Shown one piece after another: positions 59,328-64,000 of a stretch of DNA of 64,000 bases. The DNA is from an uncultured delta proteobacterium (GTDB lineage Bacteria > Bdellovibrionota > FAC87 > UBA2466). How positions within the stretch are numbered: position 1 is the first letter of the stretch; every line of letters begins with the position of its first letter. Below the pieces are notes generated by a model. The model worked only from the letters and a program-made list of their open reading frames with translations, was not told the DNA's origin and ran no database searches. Position numbers and translations under genes: made by a program. The stretch is from positions 2,528,001-2,592,000 of the forward strand of contig CAVZSV010000004.1 of NCBI GenBank assembly GCA_963778115.1, in the 5' to 3' direction.

Positions 59328-60497
59328 ATGGCATCTGCATATGAACTCACCGCTACGCGTCCTAGCGACGAATGGATAACTAAGGCTAAGAAAATTGCAG
59401 CAGAAGTGGCAAGTCCTCATGCGGAAGCTGTCGACCGAAATGGGACCTTTCCTAAAGAGACCATCTCCGCCATGGCGGAAAGCGGCTTTTTTGGACTCAA
59501 CCTACCTAAGGCGATCGGTGGTGGGGGGGCCTTACCCCGAACCTTCGCCGCGGTGACGGAGGAGTTGGCTACGGTTTGTGCCTCTAGCGCTATGGTTTAC
59601 GTGATGCACACTGCGGCGTCCCAGGCCATCGCAGCATCGAGCACGTTTACCGCTAAAGAGGAGACTTTAAAGTCCATCGCTCAGGGGAAACATCTTTCAA
59701 CCCTGGCGTTTTCGGAAACAGGGTCAAGATCTCAATTTTGGCTTCCGATCTCTCAGTTAACCAAGTCTGGTAACGATTTTTCAGTCTCCGCAAAAAAATC
59801 TTGGGTTACTTCCGCTAACCATGCCGATTCGTACATTGCAGCAGCCAAAGCTACTAGTTCGCAATCCTCGCTTGAGAGTACTTTGTATTTTGTGAAAAAA
59901 GGAAGTTCCGGCGTCCATGTTGAGGGCACCTTCAATGGTCTTGGGCTTCGGGGAAATGAATCAGCACCCGTCACCTTCAAAGAGGTCGCAATTTCCAAAG
60001 GAAATCTTATTTGCCCCGAGGGAAAGGGGCTAGAGGGAATGCTCCAAGTGGTCTTGCCGTGGTTTGCTATCGGTTCGGCTGCGATGGCGCATGGGATTTG
60101 CCGGGCCGCGATCTCGGCTACCAGCCAACATCTTTCTGGAACTGGATTTGATGGTGGCTCAAAACTTAGAGACCTCTCCAATCTTAGAGTCCGCTTGGCG
60201 CAAATGAATATGCGCACCGAAAGAAGCAGGGCTCTTCTGGGATGGACCCTCTCGGAGATGGAGGCGCCTAACGAGATGACTCCGCTTTATGTTCTGCAAT
60301 CGCGACTGAGCGCCCTTGAGACCGTTGTGGAGGTGACCGATTTGGCGATGAAGACTTGTGGAGGGGCGGCTTTCTCAAAGCATTTAGGCATTGAAAGACT
60401 CTTTCGTGATGCGCGGGCGGGCTGGGTAATGGCGCCTACCGTGGATCATTTGGAAGACTTCGTCGGAAAAGCGCTTACGGGCCTTCCTCTTTTTTAG
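59328..60497 (+). CDS. acyl-CoA dehydrogenase family flavoprotein
   Basis: LAFSE.GS, KSWVTS, GLGLRG..S, GG..F...IERLFRDARA. Confidence 0.92.
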   Translation: MASAYELTATRPSDEWITKAKKIAAEVASPHAEAVDRNGTFPKETISAMAESGFFGLNLPKAIGGGGALPRTFAAVTEELATVCASSAMVYVMHTAASQAIAASSTFTAKEETLKSIAQGKHLSTLAFSETGSRSQFWLPISQLTKSGNDFSVSAKKSWVTSANHADSYIAAAKATSSQSSLESTLYFVKKGSSGVHVEGTFNGLGLRGNESAPVTFKEVAISKGNLICPEGKGLEGMLQVVLPWFAIGSAAMAHGICRAAISATSQHLSGTGFDGGSKLRDLSNLRVRLAQMNMRTERSRALLGWTLSEMEAPNEMTPLYVLQSRLSALETVVEVTDLAMKTCGGAAFSKHLGIERLFRDARAGWVMAPTVDHLEDFVGKALTGLPLF

Positions 60498-60506
60498 TGA
60501 GATAAA

Positions 60507-61319
60507 ATGGCAAATTCTAAAATCATTCTGGGTGCCGTGGCCTATCTTCCGAAAGTCGTAACGATTTGGGAAGGGATGCGGGATTTTTTTGCTTCCCATA
60601 ACGTTCCTTTCGATTTTGTGCTGTTCTCCAATTACGAAGAGCAAGTCGATTTCCTACTCGAAGGCAAGATCGACATTGCATGGAATGCACCGCTTGCCCA
60701 TGTTCGCGTGAGACATCGAACGAATATGACTTCCCTCTCCTTGGGGATGAGAGATACCGATCGAGATTTCCACAGCCGTTTGATCGTGAGGCACGACTCG
60801 GGAATCAAATCCATCCAAGATCTTAAGAATAAACGAATCGGGGTGGGAAGTAAGGATTCGACTCAGGCTAGAATTCTGCCCCTCTACTTTCTCGAGGAAG
60901 CGGGGCTGGATCTTTCAGCGGTTAGCCTACAAACCTTTGATTCCGATCTAGGAAAGCATGGGGACACCGGCAAGAGTGAGCTTGAGGTGTTGCAAGCGCT
61001 ACAAACGGGGAAAGTCGATGCCGGAGTCCTGGGAGATTGGGTATGGATGGCTGAACTTGCGGCTGGGCACATAAGGACCGAGGTGTTAGATTCTCTTTGG
61101 ACGACACCCGCCTACGATCACTGTATGTTTGACGCGCTAACAAGCATAGATACCAAGAAGGCAAAGCAGTTTACCGACGCTCTTTTTTCCATGAAGTGGG
61201 AAAATGCCCAGCACCGTAAGTTACTGGAGTTGGAAGGGCTGAAAGAGTGGCAGGGTCCCAGAGAGCAAGGCTACGAGACACTTTGGAAAGCGGTCGAGCG
61301 ACTCGGTATCTCTCTATGA
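60507..61319 (+). CDS. PhnD/SsuA-like substrate-binding-fold protein without signal peptide
   Basis: G.IDIAW, I.S..DLK.KRI..G..DS; hydrophilic N-terminus. Confidence 0.8.
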   Translation: MANSKIILGAVAYLPKVVTIWEGMRDFFASHNVPFDFVLFSNYEEQVDFLLEGKIDIAWNAPLAHVRVRHRTNMTSLSLGMRDTDRDFHSRLIVRHDSGIKSIQDLKNKRIGVGSKDSTQARILPLYFLEEAGLDLSAVSLQTFDSDLGKHGDTGKSELEVLQALQTGKVDAGVLGDWVWMAELAAGHIRTEVLDSLWTTPAYDHCMFDALTSIDTKKAKQFTDALFSMKWENAQHRKLLELEGLKEWQGPREQGYETLWKAVERLGISL

Positions 61320-62498
61320 GCGTCTCGGTGTTTGCTATAGACGGAGGAGATCTTAAAGTAGGGAACGGCTTACTTGCTATTCTTCGGCCCGCCCTGATAA
61401 TTTCCGAAAATGGAGCTATCGTTCACCTAATTTCTTCGCAGCGGTCCAATCGGGAAGACTTGGCCCGATGGTGCTCGAATCGAAAAACACGAATACCTTG
61501 GATTTAAAGCCATCACGTCGGAAAAGGATAACCATGAAATTCGACGAGGCCGCTTCCCGTTATTAAAGGAGGCGATGATCCCAGAGACAGGCTCGGCCCC
61601 TTCCGATTCAGGACTTGCTCCTTTGGGAAGCCTTTACGAAGTGGGTTCTCAAGATAACCACTTCCCTTACCGAACTCGTTCTGAGTCGGCGTTCGGTGAA
61701 GTTTCGAGTCTCTACGCCCAAGCCGTTAATGCACAGTGGAGTGCCGAAAGAGACATTCCGTGGAGTAGTGCTAAACCCATAAGCCCGCGTCTGGATTGGG
61801 CCGTTACTCAAGTGATGACCTTCTTGAGTGAAAATGAACTTTCCGCTCTTTACTTGCCTTCTCGATTTGTTTCTCAAATCCATCCGTTCTTTGTGGAAAG
61901 TTCACAGTTCTTGGCTACCCAAATTATCGACGAATCTCGACATATCGAAGTGTTCTTGAGAAGAGCCCGACTCTCGGGAAAATACCGGGGGGTAAGTTCT
62001 GTCGTGACCGCGCAGTCACTGTTGTCACTATTGGCGGCGCGTGATTTCTTGGAGAGTTCGTTCCTGCTATCGGTCCTGGGAGAGGGAACGTTCGTCGATC
62101 TTCTCACTTATCTCGAGAAAAACGCCCCCGACGAAGTCACCCGAACCATCGTGACGCTAGCGAGAAATGATGAAGCCAGACACGTTCATTTCGGCATGTC
62201 CCATGTTCGAGAGGCTATTTTGCGGGACTCCTCGGTGGTGAGGCGACTTCGGGAAGCTGTCGAGCGCAGAAATCACTCTTTGAGTAGCCTTACCGGTGCG
62301 CCCGATTTGCTACAGGATAGTCTTGTGGTTCTTGGGGCTGGATCCGATCTTGTCGCTGACATTCCCAAAGGGTATCGAAAGTACCAAGAGCTTCTTGAAA
62401 CCATGGAATTAAATCGAGTCCGAAGGCTTCAAAGTGCCGGCTTCTCGGAAACTGAAGCCAAAGAGATCTCAAAACTTCATACCCCCAATTTTATGTAG
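61316..62498 (+). pseudogene. TusA-like + ferritin-like diiron protein, apparent frameshift at ~61477
   Basis: N-part IDGGDL..G.GLL...EDL.RWC; removing one base joins it to 61575-62498, which has NE...DESRH...GEG...DEARH diiron ligands. Confidence 0.75.
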
Positions 62499-62502
62499 CG
62501 AA

Positions 62503-64000
62503 TTAGGCGGCAAAACTTTGGGTATTATACATTTCGTAAAAGTAACCCCTAAGTCTTAGAAGTTCTTCTATCGTTCCACTCTCCACTACACGGCCCTTCT
62601 CAAGAACGATAATCTTGTCTGCCTTCATAATGGTGGAGAGCCTATGGGCCACCAAGATTACAGTCTGTCGTTCAGAGAGTTTTTCAATGGCATGACTAAT
62701 AGCCTGTTCGGTCTTTACGTCCAAGCTACTAGTAGCTTCATCTAACAATACGATTGGGGCTTTTCTAATGAAAGCTCGAGCTAGCGAGAGACGCTGCTTT
62801 TCTCCTCCGGATAATTGAACTCCACGATCCCCTATCTGGGTATCCAACCCGTGGGGAAGCTGCCTAACCATTTGGTCTAGAACTACGCTCTCCAGAATGG
62901 CCATCGTCTCCTTATCTGAGAGCGATACCGAGTGGCCGTAGTTTAAATTAAATCGGATAGTGTTGTTGAAAAGCAAATTATCCTGACTAACGGTTGCGAT
63001 AAGCGATCGGATCGATTTTAGGGAAAAGTCTCTTATGTCTCTTCCATCGATGAAAATCGTTCCCGCGGGAACATTGTAGAGACGCTGAATGAGTTGGATA
63101 ATAGTAGATTTTCCCGCGCCGGAATGGCCTACCAGTGCGGTCATCTTTCCCTTTTCAAAGATCAACGAAACATTTTTAAGGGTTTCGTTTCGCCCTTGAA
63201 ACGAAAAATTCAAATTCCGGAATTCAATATTCTTATCAAAGGAAGTAAGTTCTTTCGGCCCGTCGGAAATGATTCCCTTGTCTGAGAGATCCATAATTTC
63301 TTCGATGGCTTCCAAATTTCCGGAGACGTTCGAAAAAACGGCGAAACCTCCGCCGACTTGATTTAACGATTGGACTGCTCGACGCAGGACGTAGAGGAAT
63401 AGTAGGTACTGCGTTCCTTTCGGCGTGTGGAAGTGGACCGCTAGCAGATTTGCACAACTCAATAGCGCAATGATGAGAGAGACTCCAGCTACTTCTTGGA
63501 CGACAGGGAGGACGGCTCCTTTTTTGGCGGCAATAAACTGGTATTCAAACATCTCCTGGAAATGACCGGTCATATTACTTACCTCTTCGTGTTCCCGGTT
63601 ATTGGCTTTGACCAAGGGAAGGCAGCTCAGCGTATCGGTAACTAGAACATTGGCTTGTTGCGCCTTTCGATTTGCTCGGCCGCTTATCGATTGAATCCTA
63701 ACGCGAATCTTTTCCGTAAGGAGCGATATCCAAGGTAGCAAGAACACTACTAAGAGCGATAGGGGAACGGAGATCTTGAGCATGACGAGAGCATAAGCGA
63801 CGGCATAGACAGCGCTGTTCGCGATAGTAACAACTTGAGGGAGGAAGTAAGACAAGTTTTGAGTTTGGCCGCTAATGACTTCAACCACCCAAGCGGGAGA
63901 GGTTTTATCGAAATAGGCTTTACCGAAACGAATCGCGTTGCCAACCAAGGCCGTTTTTAGGGACACCCCTGCTTGTAAAGTCTTCTTATTGATATTTACC
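62503..64000 (-). CDS. ABC transporter fused permease/ATPase (MsbA-like exporter); 5' end lies outside the window
   Basis: GHSGAGKS, LSGGEKQR, LLDEATS, AHRLST; frame is open to the window edge. Confidence 0.93.
   Translation of the reverse strand, partial: VNINKKTLQAGVSLKTALVGNAIRFGKAYFDKTSPAWVVEVISGQTQNLSYFLPQVVTIANSAVYAVAYALVMLKISVPLSLLVVFLLPWISLLTEKIRVRIQSISGRANRKAQQANVLVTDTLSCLPLVKANNREHEEVSNMTGHFQEMFEYQFIAAKKGAVLPVVQEVAGVSLIIALLSCANLLAVHFHTPKGTQYLLFLYVLRRAVQSLNQVGGGFAVFSNVSGNLEAIEEIMDLSDKGIISDGPKELTSFDKNIEFRNLNFSFQGRNETLKNVSLIFEKGKMTALVGHSGAGKSTIIQLIQRLYNVPAGTIFIDGRDIRDFSLKSIRSLIATVSQDNLLFNNTIRFNLNYGHSVSLSDKETMAILESVVLDQMVRQLPHGLDTQIGDRGVQLSGGEKQRLSLARAFIRKAPIVLLDEATSSLDVKTEQAISHAIEKLSERQTVILVAHRLSTIMKADKIIVLEKGRVVESGTIEELLRLRGYFYEMYNTQSFAA

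Noticed and set aside
60507..61319. Phosphonate ABC transport system
   Set aside because: There is no signal peptide and no phnC/phnE; the neighbouring ABC gene is a convergent exporter type.

Overview
64 kb of bacterial chromosome at roughly 50% GC (by eye). The host is probably Bdellovibrionota/Oligoflexia-like; this is inferred from a TIGR02147-type gene, an EF-hand-like lipoprotein, many orphan secreted proteins and repeated sigma-54-type promoters. Recognisable content: three tRNAs (Leu-GAG, Val-CAC, Leu-TAA), a poly-HAMP hybrid histidine kinase with a partner kinase, nadA, a ugp-type glycerophosphodiester ABC operon with a dCMP deaminase, a fatty-acid desaturase, a DEAD-box helicase and several transporters. 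The best candidate for an undescribed system is 52110-56087. It encodes a secreted precursor-like peptide with two (Gly-His-His)n cores, then a two-CxxCH cytochrome c, an SdpA-like/HTTM(SdpB-like) pair and a SAM methyltransferase, which together look like a RiPP or metallophore locus. Other notable items: an acyl-CoA dehydrogenase / signal-less PhnD-like / TusA-diiron operon; tandem repeats built from tRNA ends at two tRNAs; a stand-alone structured RNA (6S-like candidate); a palindromic operator candidate flanking the TIGR02147 operon; and four apparent frameshifts that all fall at GATC-like sites and are probably sequencing errors. No CRISPR array, integrase or transposase was seen. All family assignments come from motif recognition, not database searches.
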